From assembly GCA_041738415.1 (NCBI GenBank), contig JBGSPU010000102.1:474-64473 (forward strand): a DNA stretch of 64,000 bases, read 5' to 3'. The notes beneath the pieces were generated by a model. The model had not been told where the DNA came from. It worked only from the letters and a program-made list of their open reading frames with translations, and made no database searches. The stretch is from Bythopirellula sp. GTDB taxonomy: Bacteria > Planctomycetota > Planctomycetia > Pirellulales > Lacipirellulaceae. Within the stretch, counting starts at the first letter, position 1, and each line of letters begins with the position of its first letter. Positions 39,665 through 50,328 of the stretch are shown piece by piece. A program made the position numbers and the translations under genes.

Positions 39665-40159
39665 ATGAGTAATGAAGGATCTGGCTCGAGCGATGTATTC
39701 GATGTCCGCAAAGTGCGACGGCTTGTCGAATTGATGAACGAGCATGAGTTGGCTGAGATCGATCTACGGCAGGGGGACCAGCGGATTCGGCTCCGTCGAG
39801 GTCAAGAGCCGATGGTGTCAGGGGGGGTCGCCTCGATGCCAGTGGCTTCGGTTCCGGCTCCTGCAGCAAATCCTCCGGCAGCCAACGCTCCGCCAGCGGT
39901 TGTTGCCGAAGAGGCAAACGTCGCCTATGTGACCAGTCCAATGGTTGGTACTTTTTATGTCGCGTCGAGCCCCGAATCTCCGGCGCTGGTGAGTGTGGGA
40001 GATTCAGTTGGATCCGACACCATTGTCTGCATCATCGAGGCCATGAAAGTCTTCAACGAAATCCCCGCCGAGTGCTCAGGCAAGGTACTTGCACGGCTGG
40101 TGGAGAATGGTGATCCCGTGGAATATGGCCAAAAACTGTTTAAAGTTCAACGTGGCTAA
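39665..40159 (+). CDS. accB: Acetyl-CoA carboxylase biotin carboxyl carrier protein
   Basis: SPMVGTFY and EAMKVFNEI biotinylation motif; AGGAG RBS. Confidence 0.97.
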   Translation: MSNEGSGSSDVFDVRKVRRLVELMNEHELAEIDLRQGDQRIRLRRGQEPMVSGGVASMPVASVPAPAANPPAANAPPAVVAEEANVAYVTSPMVGTFYVASSPESPALVSVGDSVGSDTIVCIIEAMKVFNEIPAECSGKVLARLVENGDPVEYGQKLFKVQRG

Positions 40160-40227
40160 TACACTGGGGTTTAATAGGTTTCGTCCCCAATTGAAGTTTG
40201 ATTAAAATTTCGCTCGCGTTCTCCGCC

Positions 40228-41574
40228 ATGTATCAAAGAATACTTATCGCAAATCGGGGAGAAATTGCACTACGAGTGATCCGTGCCTGCAAAGAATTGG
40301 GCATCGAGACGGTCGCCATCTACAGCGAAGGGGATCGGGGTGCCCATTATCTCGAGCTAGCCGATGAAGCCTTTTGTGTTGGTCCTCCTCGGGCTGCCGA
40401 TAGTTACCTGCGGATTGCTAATGTGATCAGCGCTGCCGAGGTGGGTAACGTGCAAGCCATTCATCCCGGCTACGGCTTTCTCTCAGAAAACGCCCATTTC
40501 AACGAAATCTGTCTCAGTTGTAATATCGATTTTATCGGCCCTAATCCCGAGGCCATGGCCAAGCTCGGTGACAAGAATGCAGCCCGTTCGTTGGCGATAC
40601 AGGCGGAAGTCCCCGTCGTTCCTGGGAGCGACGGCATCGTTGAATCGGTGAGCAATGCCTTGCACTTTGCCCATGAGGTAGGATTTCCGGTTTTGATCAA
40701 GGCGGTCGCTGGTGGTGGAGGCCGGGGCATGCGGGTTGCTGCCAATGACCTGGCCCTTAAGACGGCCTTCCATCAAGCCAAGACTGAAGCTCAGGCCGCC
40801 TTCGGCAACGGGGAGGTTTATCTCGAAAAATACATCGAACAACCGCACCATGTGGAAGTGCAGGTCCTGGCTGACCATCACGGCAACGTCGTGCATCTTT
40901 GGGAGCGTGATTGCTCTGTGCAGCGGCGCCACCAAAAGCTGATCGAAGAAAGTCCCAGTACGAGCGTCGATCAAGAAACCCGGAATGCGATGTGCAACGC
41001 GGCTCGGCGACTGATCTCAGAAGCTGATTATACGAACGCAGCTACGGTCGAGTTCATCGTCGACAAGGAGGGCAACTACTATTTCATCGAGGTAAATGCC
41101 CGAATCCAGGTCGAACATCCAGTCACCGAGATGGTCACGGGCATCGACCTGATCAAGCAACAGATCCTGATCGCCTCGGGGGAGAAGCTTTCTGTGAGCC
41201 AGGACGAGATTAAGCAGAACGGTGCTGCGATTGAGTGCCGCATCAACGCAGAAGACCCCCGCAATAATTTCCGTCCCTCCCCGGGGAAAATCGAACGCTT
41301 GATCGTCCCTGGCGGATTTGGTGTAAGGTTTGATTCCCACGCCCACAGCGGCTATGTGGTCCCCCCTTACTACGATTCGATGATTGGCAAGCTGATCGTG
41401 CATCAACCCACCCGCGTCGAAGCGATCCGTACGATGCAGCGTGCCCTCTCCGAATTGCGGGTCGACGGCATACAGACCACGGCTGCCCTGCATCAGGAGA
41501 TTCTTAGCCACGGCGCGTTTGCCGAGGGGAGAATCGATACGACCTTCATCGAGCGGGAATTTACGTTTGATTAG
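40228..41574 (+). CDS. accC: Biotin carboxylase
   Basis: [37 protein letters not shown] and [10 protein letters not shown] motifs. Confidence 0.97.
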   Translation: MYQRILIANRGEIALRVIRACKELGIETVAIYSEGDRGAHYLELADEAFCVGPPRAADSYLRIANVISAAEVGNVQAIHPGYGFLSENAHFNEICLSCNIDFIGPNPEAMAKLGDKNAARSLAIQAEVPVVPGSDGIVESVSNALHFAHEVGFPVLIKAVAGGGGRGMRVAANDLALKTAFHQAKTEAQAAFGNGEVYLEKYIEQPHHVEVQVLADHHGNVVHLWERDCSVQRRHQKLIEESPSTSVDQETRNAMCNAARRLISEADYTNAATVEFIVDKEGNYYFIEVNARIQVEHPVTEMVTGIDLIKQQILIASGEKLSVSQDEIKQNGAAIECRINAEDPRNNFRPSPGKIERLIVPGGFGVRFDSHAHSGYVVPPYYDSMIGKLIVHQPTRVEAIRTMQRALSELRVDGIQTTAALHQEILSHGAFAEGRIDTTFIEREFTFD

Positions 41575-41741
41575 TGGCGCATCCTCCCCCCCGTACCGGC
41601 AACCAGGATGGCTGCCCCGCGGAGACCATTTTCGAGGCTTCATGCGTAGGCTACAATGGCGGGCGGCAGACCGGGCAGAATGCGGCTGCCACTCGGCAAG
41701 TAGAGAAGTTAAGACACCCCGAATTTTGGGAATGAGAAATA

Positions 41742-43070
41742 ATGAATGATAATACCCTCTCGCGTCCTCCGAAGATGATTCACAACTTTCGTCGAGCGGC
41801 GATTCTGTTTGCTGGCGGTCCTGCTCCTGCAGCCAATGCCGTCATCTCTGCGGCAGCGACGGCCTTTTTACGCAACGAGATCGAAGTAGTCGGAATCAAG
41901 TACGGCTATTCCGCACTCGTGGAATACAGCCCTTCGAGCCCCCTCGTCGAAGGCCGCGATTATCTCATGGTCAATCACAAAATGCTTGGCCGTACGCGTA
42001 ATTCTCATGGAATCATGATCGGCACGGCGCGTACTAATCCAGGCAAGCTGGTTTCGCATCCTTCGCACTTGGCTGATCCAGAAAAAAGTGCCCCGTTGAA
42101 AACAGTCTACGAGGCACTCCGCTCGATCGGTGTTGACGTACTGATCTCGATTGGAGGCGATGATACGCTCAAGACGGCCAACAAATTTAAGATGTTTCAG
42201 GAGCGACTCCCTCTGGATGCTCACCGCATACCAATCGTCCACTTACCCAAAACAATCGACAACGATTACCGCGGGATCGACTTTACATTCGGGTATTTTA
42301 CAGCCGTTGATTTTCTTGCCTCTGAAGTCCGTAATTTGTTGGCGGATGCCGAGGCCAATCGCAGTTACTTCCTCTGCGAATCAATGGGACGCAGCGCGGG
42401 TTGGCTCGCCTACGGAGTGGCAATTGCGGGTGAAGCGAGTCTTGTGGTGAGTGTCGAAGACGTGGTTGGGAAGTACCGCTCGACCGAAGAGATGGTCGAT
42501 CCTGTCTCTGGTGAAAGTAGGAGCCGTCCTGTAATGAATATGGAAGCGGTCATTCCTCGCATTGTCGCGACCATGACTACCCGCGAACGTGAGGGAAAAG
42601 AGTACGGCGTGATCGTCATTGCCGAAGGGCTTGCCGAATATCTGCCCAGCAAGTATCTCGAAGGGGTGGGCCGCGACGAACATGGTCACATTAACATCTC
42701 AGCGATCAATCTACACGACGTCTTCTCTGAGCTGATCTCCAAGGAGTATACTCGGCAAACCGGCAAGAAACGCAAGGTGAACGCCGTACAGCTTGGTTAC
42801 GAAGCCCGTTGTGCCAAGCCGCATGCTTTCGACGTGATGCTCGGCAGTCAATTGGGGGTAGGTGCCTACAGGGCTTTGGTTGAAAAGCGGCTCAACGGCG
42901 TGATGGTCTCGATCTCGGGGCAACTGCAATTGGAATACGTTCCTTTCGAGGATCTGGTCGATCCGGAGACTCTCGTCACGGTTGTCCGCTATATCGAGCG
43001 AGACAGTGATTTCCAGCGGTTGACGCGATTTCTCGAAACGTATGTCGATGACGGCGAAGTGCATCGTTAA
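41742..43070 (+). CDS. pfp: Phosphofructokinase, PPi-dependent type
   Basis: [16 protein letters not shown] (Asp), PKTIDND (Lys), MGRSAGWLA and LGYEARC motifs. Confidence 0.88.
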   Translation: MNDNTLSRPPKMIHNFRRAAILFAGGPAPAANAVISAAATAFLRNEIEVVGIKYGYSALVEYSPSSPLVEGRDYLMVNHKMLGRTRNSHGIMIGTARTNPGKLVSHPSHLADPEKSAPLKTVYEALRSIGVDVLISIGGDDTLKTANKFKMFQERLPLDAHRIPIVHLPKTIDNDYRGIDFTFGYFTAVDFLASEVRNLLADAEANRSYFLCESMGRSAGWLAYGVAIAGEASLVVSVEDVVGKYRSTEEMVDPVSGESRSRPVMNMEAVIPRIVATMTTREREGKEYGVIVIAEGLAEYLPSKYLEGVGRDEHGHINISAINLHDVFSELISKEYTRQTGKKRKVNAVQLGYEARCAKPHAFDVMLGSQLGVGAYRALVEKRLNGVMVSISGQLQLEYVPFEDLVDPETLVTVVRYIERDSDFQRLTRFLETYVDDGEVHR

Positions 43071-43098
43071 ATCCCCAAATGACAAATTGGATTCCCCA

Positions 43099-43710
43099 AT
43101 GAGCTTTCCCGCTCCGTTTTTCAAGTGGCGACCCCACCCCTGGCATGGTCTCGAAGTAGGTCCTGATCCGCCACGGTTGGTTTATGCCTATATCGAACTC
43201 ACACCCTTCGACCGAGTCAAGTACGAGCTGGACAAGAAGACCGGCTACCTGCGTGTTGATCGTCCCAACAGGACTTCCTCATTCGCTCCGACCCTCTACG
43301 GTTTCATCCCCAAGACCTATTGCGGCGACCGAGTGAAAAGGATGATGCCTGGGGCCAAATCTGGCGACTCCGACCCGCTGGATATCTGCGTCATCAGCGA
43401 GCGACCTATCAACGTAGGCGAGGTGATTCTGAAGGCCCGCGTGATCGGGGGGCTTCCCATGCTCGACAACCACGAGGCAGACGACAAGATCATCGCCATC
43501 TTGGACAACGACGCAATGTGGGAGAAAGTCCAAGACGTGTCTGACTTGCCTGTGATTATGGTCAATCGGTTAAGGCACTATTTCAGCACCTATAAAATGC
43601 TCACGCCGGATGATCCACCTGTAAACGTCAGCGAAGCCTATGGCCGCGAACATGCCGAGAAAGTGATCGAAGCGGCACTGGCGGATTATGTGGAACAGTT
43701 TGGTGAGTGA
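43099..43710 (+). CDS. ppa: Soluble inorganic pyrophosphatase (family I)
   Basis: [30 protein letters not shown] and DDKIIA motifs. Confidence 0.95.
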   Translation: MSFPAPFFKWRPHPWHGLEVGPDPPRLVYAYIELTPFDRVKYELDKKTGYLRVDRPNRTSSFAPTLYGFIPKTYCGDRVKRMMPGAKSGDSDPLDICVISERPINVGEVILKARVIGGLPMLDNHEADDKIIAILDNDAMWEKVQDVSDLPVIMVNRLRHYFSTYKMLTPDDPPVNVSEAYGREHAEKVIEAALADYVEQFGE

Positions 43711-43726
43711 CAGAATGAACTGCCCT

Positions 43727-44320
43727 TTACCCCTCCAGCGTCCCTTTGGTACTCGGCACTCCAGGCATCTTAGGATCGGACTCCACGGCCATCCGCATTG
43801 CACGGGCTGTTGCTTTAAAAATCGCCTCGGCGATGTGATGGCTATTGCGGCCATAGTGCAGGAGTACGTGCAGATTGCACAGTGCATTGGCGGAGACCGC
43901 CTGCCAAAAATCCTCCAAGAGTTCGCTGTCGAAGTCGCCGATCTTAGCTGCCGGCACGGAAGCGCGATACGCCAAGACGCTCCGACCACTGAAATCGACG
44001 GCCACGGTCACCAAAGTTTCTTCCATAGGCAAAGTGAAATGCCCATAGCGGCGAATCCCGACTTTGCTGCCCAATGCCTCTCGCAGGGCCAACCCTAAAC
44101 AGATGCCGCTGTCTTCGACGGTGTGATGCTGATCGACGTGCAAATCTCCCTCGGCCTTGAGAGTCAAATCAAATGCCCCATGCTTGGTGAATAAGTCGAG
44201 CATATGATCTAAAAATCCCACACCGGTCTTAATATCAGCCTGACCGGAGCCGTCGATGCACAGATTGATCTTAATATCAGTTTCGTTCGTTTTACGTTCC
44301 AGACTTCCGCTACGTGACAT
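43727..44320 (-). CDS. hisB: Imidazoleglycerol-phosphate dehydratase
   Basis: [35 protein letters not shown] and PSTKG motifs. Confidence 0.97.
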   Translation of the reverse strand: MSRSGSLERKTNETDIKINLCIDGSGQADIKTGVGFLDHMLDLFTKHGAFDLTLKAEGDLHVDQHHTVEDSGICLGLALREALGSKVGIRRYGHFTLPMEETLVTVAVDFSGRSVLAYRASVPAAKIGDFDSELLEDFWQAVSANALCNLHVLLHYGRNSHHIAEAIFKATARAMRMAVESDPKMPGVPSTKGTLEG

Positions 44321-44498
44321 TGCTTTTCACTTATTTCCTACAGTTCGTTGAAGAGCCTCGACCAAACCTGGTCGCAGCTTCGTGTCTTCCATCTTATCAC
44401 GGACCTTCATCCAAGGGGACGGGTTCAAAGAACACGAAATCACCGAGAAAACTGTCAATTTCGTTCTTTTCGGCGCCAACGTTTCTGGCGTGCCTTGA

Positions 44499-45404
44499 TT
44501 ATAACGTCCAGTTTGGTGCTCGTGCCCGAACGAGTTCTGTGAGCCTCATGAGCGTTGGGACGTCGAGTTGCTCGGTGCGGGCTTCTTGCGAGAGTTGCAT
44601 CTCGGCGAGAATCTCGTCTACTTCTGCCTTCGAAAGATGGTATTTGAGAGCCGCTACTACATTGGCGCGCAGAAATTTGCGGCGATGGATAAAAATTGCC
44701 TTCACAAATTGGTGCAAAAATCGCAAATCGGGTACACTATTACGCTTAGCCGAGTCGACCACGATTCGCACGATGGCCGACTCTACTTTGGGCATCGGCC
44801 AGAACACGGTCGGCGGCATTAAGCGTATGATTTCAGCTTCTGCCTGACACTGCATCCACACGCTCAAGGCACCGTAGTCTTTGCTCCAGGGTTGGGCCAC
44901 AATGCGGTCGCCGAGTTCCTTTTGAATGGTGGCTACCATCGTGTGAGGCACATGATCGCAGAGTAAGAGATTGCTCAGCACAGGAGTTGCAATGTTGTAG
45001 GGTAGATTGGCCACTAACTTGAAGCGTCGGTCGGGATCCTCGGCCAATTTCTCTCCCACAGCCTCGAGAACTCGGCTGTCGAAATTGTTCTTGTTCTTAA
45101 GAGCGTCCTGGTGGAGCATCGTCACATGAGGGAAGTCGATGAGATGTTCGCTGGCGAGTTCAAAGAGGTGTCCATCGATTTCCACAGTGACCACCGCCGC
45201 GGCTTTTTCGGCCATCAGTGTAGTCAAGGCTCCTGTGCCAGTGCCTACCTCAAGCACAACGTCTTGCTTGGTAAGCTCAGCGGCATCGATGATTACCCGG
45301 TGAAGATTCAGATCAATGAGAAAATTTTGTCCATGGCGTGTTGCCGGGGAAATACCCATCTCGCGGAAACGACTCATCAGAAAGGTCTTCGTCTGGCGGC
45401 TCAT
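44499..45404 (-). CDS. rsmA: 16S rRNA adenine dimethyltransferase
   Basis: GQNFLID, VLEVGTGTGALT, VANLPYNIATP and FWPMPKVESA motifs. Confidence 0.95.
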   Translation of the reverse strand: MSRQTKTFLMSRFREMGISPATRHGQNFLIDLNLHRVIIDAAELTKQDVVLEVGTGTGALTTLMAEKAAAVVTVEIDGHLFELASEHLIDFPHVTMLHQDALKNKNNFDSRVLEAVGEKLAEDPDRRFKLVANLPYNIATPVLSNLLLCDHVPHTMVATIQKELGDRIVAQPWSKDYGALSVWMQCQAEAEIIRLMPPTVFWPMPKVESAIVRIVVDSAKRNSVPDLRFLHQFVKAIFIHRRKFLRANVVAALKYHLSKAEVDEILAEMQLSQEARTEQLDVPTLMRLTELVRARAPNWTL

Positions 45405-45460
45405 TAGCGTTGTCCGTTGTTCGTTACGAGCAGGTCGAATCGACCCAATTGATGGTAAAA

Positions 45461-46060
45461 CTATTTTTCGTTCCGCCACGAAAGTTGACGTGCGACGTAC
45501 TTAGCCAGCACGTCGGTTTCCAGATTAACGCAGTCTCCCGTCTGCCGGAGGCCTAGCGTAGTCACTTTGAGCGTATGCGGAATCAGAGCGACGCTAAATC
45601 GTTCGCGCTCCACGTCGACTAGAGTCAGACTGACGCCATCCACTGCCACGCTCCCCTTCTCAGCCATCTGGCGTGTCAGATCGCCCGGCGCATGCAGCCA
45701 AAACTTGGACCACTCGGCATCGTCAATCCGCTGGTCGACCGTTCCCACGCCATCGATGTGGCCTGTTACGAGGTGACCCCCGAGTTCGTCTCCCAGACAG
45801 AGCGAGGATTCCAAGTTGACCCGGTCACCCACACTGAGCTTTCCCAGAGTGGTTCGCTGAAGGGTTTCCTCACCGGCTTCGAAAATAAGTGCATCACCAT
45901 CGAGCGCCACCACAGTCAGGCAGCAACCATTGATCGCGATACTATCACCGACCGCCGAACGGGCTGCAGTTAGGGCATCAGCGATCTCCAGCCGCACGCC
46001 TGGTCCCTCTGGCAGTAAGCCTCGTACAGTCGCCAAACTTTCTACTAAGCCAGTAAACAT
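45461..46060 (-). CDS. ribE: Riboflavin synthase (alpha chain)
   Basis: MFTGLVE, GDSIAINGCCLT, GGHLVTGHIDG and KGSVAVDGVSLT motifs. Confidence 0.96.
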   Translation of the reverse strand: MFTGLVESLATVRGLLPEGPGVRLEIADALTAARSAVGDSIAINGCCLTVVALDGDALIFEAGEETLQRTTLGKLSVGDRVNLESSLCLGDELGGHLVTGHIDGVGTVDQRIDDAEWSKFWLHAPGDLTRQMAEKGSVAVDGVSLTLVDVERERFSVALIPHTLKVTTLGLRQTGDCVNLETDVLAKYVARQLSWRNEK

Positions 46061-46062
46061 TC

Positions 46063-46950
46063 TTAGAGGGCCTCGCCGGATACCGGCTTTTTCAGATTCG
46101 TTTTCTCTCGAGTGAGCTTCCAGAGGTATTGTGCTGCGGGTATCGCTACATACAAACCACACACAAACGGAACCACATACCATCGAAAGGTCACTAGGAG
46201 CATGATGGCGAATACCAGCCCGACGACATGAGCAAAGCTGCGCCGCCCCCTCACGAATTGGGTGATGATGTGCGGGTATGGAATCCGCGATACCATCAAC
46301 ACGGCGATCACAATCGCACAGAGCGGGAGCACACGTTGTAACCACCAATCGTAGCCGGCGAAATTCTCGTAATTGATCTCGTTGCGAAGCGTGTAAGAAA
46401 ACATGGCCCAGCTCGCAATCACCGCAGCGGCAGCAGGGGAGGGGAGTCCAGCAAATGTACCGTGATCGTCGTTGTCATCTGTTTCGACATTGAACCGAGC
46501 GAGTCGCAGAGCTGCACAGCAGGCAAACAATGCTGAGATGGTCCACACCGCCTCGCGATGGACGCTGGTAAAATCTGGGCACATTTTTACGAGCAGTATA
46601 GCGGGGGCTACGCCGAACGAGACGACATCACAAAGACTATCAAGTTGACCGCCAAAATCGCTGGTTGTGCGCGTTATGCGCGCGACCTGGCCATCAAATG
46701 TATCGAACAACATTGCCAGAAATATCAAGCCGCCGCAAAGCATCAAATTGTGCGTCGGGTCAATGCTATCAAGCAGATGCCGGTAGGTCTCCAACTTGGG
46801 GGAGGGTATGATGTCGAGCGTGCCAGCCTTGGCAATGCGACTGGCCACAACAATCGCAAAAAAACCGCACACCAGGTTTCCCAAGGTGAACAGCGTCGGC
46901 AGCACATTGATAGCGCGAATGGGTTTCATATCGTTTTCTGGATGGCTCAA
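46063..46950 (-). CDS. pssA: CDP-diacylglycerol--serine O-phosphatidyltransferase
   Basis: FDTFDGQVAR...FGGQLDSLCDVVSFGVAP CDP-alcohol motif; LRLARFN; adjacent to psd. Confidence 0.9.
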   Translation of the reverse strand: MSHPENDMKPIRAINVLPTLFTLGNLVCGFFAIVVASRIAKAGTLDIIPSPKLETYRHLLDSIDPTHNLMLCGGLIFLAMLFDTFDGQVARITRTTSDFGGQLDSLCDVVSFGVAPAILLVKMCPDFTSVHREAVWTISALFACCAALRLARFNVETDDNDDHGTFAGLPSPAAAAVIASWAMFSYTLRNEINYENFAGYDWWLQRVLPLCAIVIAVLMVSRIPYPHIITQFVRGRRSFAHVVGLVFAIMLLVTFRWYVVPFVCGLYVAIPAAQYLWKLTREKTNLKKPVSGEAL

Positions 46951-46955
46951 AAAAC

Positions 46956-47903
46956 CTAAAGGTAACGGGCCAGAATTGAACTGCCGGCATGCACTTTATC
47001 GCCGACGGCCGTGGTCACCTCAACCGCATCCCGAGGCAATATGAGCTCTGTCCGCGATCCAAGCTTAATCATACCAAATTTCTCGCCTCGCTGGACCTCC
47101 CGCCCAGGCCGTAGCGTACAGACAATACGCCGGGCGATTAGCCCTGAGATAGCTCGCACGGCCAACTTTCGGTCAGGAGAGGTGATCTCCTCCAGTCCAA
47201 TCCACATGTATTCATTGCGGAGTGCACTCTCGGGATTCATCGCGTTGAGGAATTCCCCCGGCTTGTAGTGCATTTCGACAACGCGCGCCGTTCGTGGAGC
47301 ACGATTTACGTGTACATTAAAGATCGAGAGAAAAATTCCAATACGTACAGCAGGACCATCAAAAAAATCATAATGGTCGAGTTCCGAGATTTCTGCGATG
47401 GTACCATCCGCCGGAGAGACTATTGCAGCGGATTCCGTGGGAATCTCCCTCATTGGGTCGCGGAAGAAGTACACGATAAGGGCCAGCACGATCGCTGGGA
47501 CGACGGCCAACCATTGCCACATACCCCCGAGCCAAAGAAGGATGCCAACCGCCGCGAGCAACGGCCAGCCCATGATCTGCAGTTCGGCGAGCCCCCAGCG
47601 AACAAAGGGCAATCGCTCGCGCCAGGCGAAGGGGTCGTTAGCCGGCAGCCAATGGGCCGTACATTGATTCTCGCAGTACTTCAAATCACGGGGGTCAAGA
47701 ATCCTATGCGGCGCCCCCGTTTCGTCTCCCTGTCGAAGCAAGGCTATGCGTTGGACATACCCTCGGCGAAAGGTCCGCAGAAACCATCTTCGCCAGTGGC
47801 CCCAGGCAAGCTCCAGTTGATAGCAGAAACCCCCGCCAGGTTGCACACTTTTAATGTTTTCAGGCAAGGGAGGGTAGGGGCTTGGGTTTTCGGAGTCCGC
47901 CAT
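46956..47903 (-). CDS. psd: Phosphatidylserine decarboxylase proenzyme
   Basis: YFFRDP, VSPADG, IFLSIFNVHVNRAP and FGMIKLGSRTEL autocleavage motif. Confidence 0.92.
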   Translation of the reverse strand: MADSENPSPYPPLPENIKSVQPGGGFCYQLELAWGHWRRWFLRTFRRGYVQRIALLRQGDETGAPHRILDPRDLKYCENQCTAHWLPANDPFAWRERLPFVRWGLAELQIMGWPLLAAVGILLWLGGMWQWLAVVPAIVLALIVYFFRDPMREIPTESAAIVSPADGTIAEISELDHYDFFDGPAVRIGIFLSIFNVHVNRAPRTARVVEMHYKPGEFLNAMNPESALRNEYMWIGLEEITSPDRKLAVRAISGLIARRIVCTLRPGREVQRGEKFGMIKLGSRTELILPRDAVEVTTAVGDKVHAGSSILARYL

Positions 47904-48052
47904 AGTAGTACCGAGTTTTTCCGCGCTGGGGGTAATCTTCCCAGAGTACACAGCAGATATCGGTGGGCAAGCGGCAATCATGAAAAAGGCCGGCTGGACT
48001 GGATTATAACATCTGTTATAATGTACGTTATCACTGTTTAAGGAGATCTTCT

Positions 48053-48277
48053 ATGCTCACTGCCAAACTCACTACTGTCGGCAACTCCGTAGGTATAGTC
48101 CTTCCCAAGGAGGTACTGGAAAAACTTCGCATCGGCAAAGGTGATGTCGTGCAATTGCTGGAAACTCCAACAGGTCTGCACTTGACTCCCTACGATGCTG
48201 AGTTCGACAGACAACTTGACGTTGCTGAAGAAATCATGCGAGAAGACCGAGACACTCTTCGGAAGTTAGCTCAGTGA
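48053..48277 (+). CDS. AbrB/MazE-family antitoxin
   Basis: KLTTVGNSVGIVLPKE AbrB fold; GTGA overlap with the downstream toxin. Confidence 0.9.
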   Translation: MLTAKLTTVGNSVGIVLPKEVLEKLRIGKGDVVQLLETPTGLHLTPYDAEFDRQLDVAEEIMREDRDTLRKLAQ

Positions 48278-48675
48278 GAAAAGGCAAGGAACCGCTCTGG
48301 ATCTCTGAAGAACTTGTGCTAGCAATCCACAATCGGCAACTTGCCGAACACGGTGGAATGGCAGGTGTACGAGACGCTGGTATGCTTTCTTCTGCACTTG
48401 CTCGGCCGAGGCATCTATTTGCCTTTGAGGGGGACGAGGTTGACATGGCTCGTCTAGCAGCAAGTTATGCATTCGGCATAGCAAAAAACCATCTTTTCCT
48501 AGACGGGAACAAACGGACGGCTCATGTTGTTTATCGTACGTTTCTTAGTTTGAACAAGGTTCAGTTTTCAGCACCACAGACAGAAAAGTATTTCAAGATG
48601 CTAAAAATTGCCGAAGGGAATATCTCTGAAGAAGAATTCGCCGATTGGATTCGTAATAACAGCGTGGAAAATTGA
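48274..48675 (+). CDS. doc: Death-on-curing (Doc, Fic superfamily) toxin
   Basis: GVRDAGMLSSALARP and HLFLDGNKRTA (Doc HxFxDGNKR). Confidence 0.92.
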   Translation: MRKGKEPLWISEELVLAIHNRQLAEHGGMAGVRDAGMLSSALARPRHLFAFEGDEVDMARLAASYAFGIAKNHLFLDGNKRTAHVVYRTFLSLNKVQFSAPQTEKYFKMLKIAEGNISEEEFADWIRNNSVEN

Positions 48676-48685
48676 GCTAGACATA

Positions 48686-50140
48686 TCACCCCAGCAGCGG
48701 ACAGGTATCAAACCATTCCCGCCCCTGCGCCGTCATCCATTCTCGGCACTCCTCCGGCCCCCAGAAACCCGGGTCGTACATAAACAGGGTTGGCTTGTCC
48801 TTGGCTTCCCAAGCTTCCAAAATCGGATCGCACACCTTCCAGGCAGCTTCCACTTCATCGGCTCGAGCGAACAGACTGGCATCACCTTCGAGTGCATCGA
48901 GCAGCAGCCGCTCGTAAGCCTCAGGCATTGCGCCCCGGAATTCTTTCTGGTAGCTGAAATTCAAGTCAGTTTGGCGAGTGCGCATGCCCGCATCAGGCAC
49001 TTTGGTCTGAAAGTGAAGTTGGATTCCTTCGGCTGGTTGAACCTGAATCACGAGGCGATTTGCTTCGCCCAAATCTCTGGGAGTGTCGGCAAACAGATTT
49101 TGTGGTGGAGCATGGAACTGGATCACGATTTGTGTCGTGCGACACGACATCGCCTTGCCGCTCCGAAGATAAAACGGAACCCCTTGCCAACGCCAGTTAT
49201 CGATTCCCAGTTTCAGAGCAGCAAAGGTCGGAGTGCGACTCGTCGGTTTGACGCCTTCAGAGGCAGTGTAGCCTCGATACTGTCCACGAAATGTATCGCT
49301 GCGGACCTCGTCAGCGTCTAGCGGACGAATGGCGTGCAGCACCTTCACTTTTTCGTTGCGAATGGCGTCCGCTTCATACCGTACGGGGGCTTCCATCGCC
49401 ATTACCATCAACAATTGCAACAGATGGTTTTGGACCATGTCGCGCACTACGCCGGCCGAATCATAATATCCAGCGCGGCTCCCTACTTCGACCTCCTCGG
49501 CAACGGTGATTTGTACATGGTCGATATAGTTGCGATTCCAAATCGGCTCGAAAATCGTGTTGCCAAACCTGAGGACCAATAGATTCTGTACGGTTTCTTT
49601 GCCGAGATAGTGGTCAATGCGATAGACCTGATGCTCGGCAAACACTTCGTGGACAGCGGTATTCAGCTCACGGGCACTCTTTAAATCCCTGCCAAAAGGT
49701 TTCTCGATCACCACACTCCGCGGACCGTTAGCTTCGCAGGCCATGCCCGCTTGGCCCAGGTGTTCGATTGCCTGGTGATAGAATCGAGGAGCCGTGGAGA
49801 GATAATAGATCCGTGTGGTAGTTTCACTTCCTTCGAGTTCCTCCAGGAATTGTGACAGCTTTGTAAAATCCTCTGGCTGTCCTATATCCCCTGGTTGGTA
49901 GTAAATTGTCTCGGCAAACTGCGCCCATTTCTCTTGGTCGAAAGAATCTCCTGAGAATTTCTCGGTCGACGTGGCAAGTTCGGTGCGCCACTCAGCATGG
50001 GAGAACTTCGTTCGTGAGACACCGATGATATTCAGTGGTGAAGCGAGACGCCCCTTGCGAAACAACTGATACAAGGCCGGGATTAACTTGCGACAAGTCA
50101 AATCGCCCGAAGCACCAAAGATGACAATTGTCGCGGCCAT
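48686..50140 (-). CDS. zwf: Glucose-6-phosphate 1-dehydrogenase
   Basis: IFGASGDL, EKPFG, RIDHYLGKETVQN and WQGVPFYLRSGK motifs. Confidence 0.97.
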   Translation of the reverse strand: MAATIVIFGASGDLTCRKLIPALYQLFRKGRLASPLNIIGVSRTKFSHAEWRTELATSTEKFSGDSFDQEKWAQFAETIYYQPGDIGQPEDFTKLSQFLEELEGSETTTRIYYLSTAPRFYHQAIEHLGQAGMACEANGPRSVVIEKPFGRDLKSARELNTAVHEVFAEHQVYRIDHYLGKETVQNLLVLRFGNTIFEPIWNRNYIDHVQITVAEEVEVGSRAGYYDSAGVVRDMVQNHLLQLLMVMAMEAPVRYEADAIRNEKVKVLHAIRPLDADEVRSDTFRGQYRGYTASEGVKPTSRTPTFAALKLGIDNWRWQGVPFYLRSGKAMSCRTTQIVIQFHAPPQNLFADTPRDLGEANRLVIQVQPAEGIQLHFQTKVPDAGMRTRQTDLNFSYQKEFRGAMPEAYERLLLDALEGDASLFARADEVEAAWKVCDPILEAWEAKDKPTLFMYDPGFWGPEECREWMTAQGREWFDTCPLLG

Positions 50141-50328
50141 AAAACAGGACTCCTTGATCTCAAGAGGAATAATTTGCAATCCCGTCAGCAAGATAGTACT
50201 CTGGGTAGAGACTGTAAAGAGGATCACCCTTTCTAACTTGAATAGTGACGGGAGAACAAATTGAAGAATTCACTCAAGCAGCCGTCCGGATCGAAGTGTT
50301 GCCCACAATGGTAGAGACAAAGCGATTC

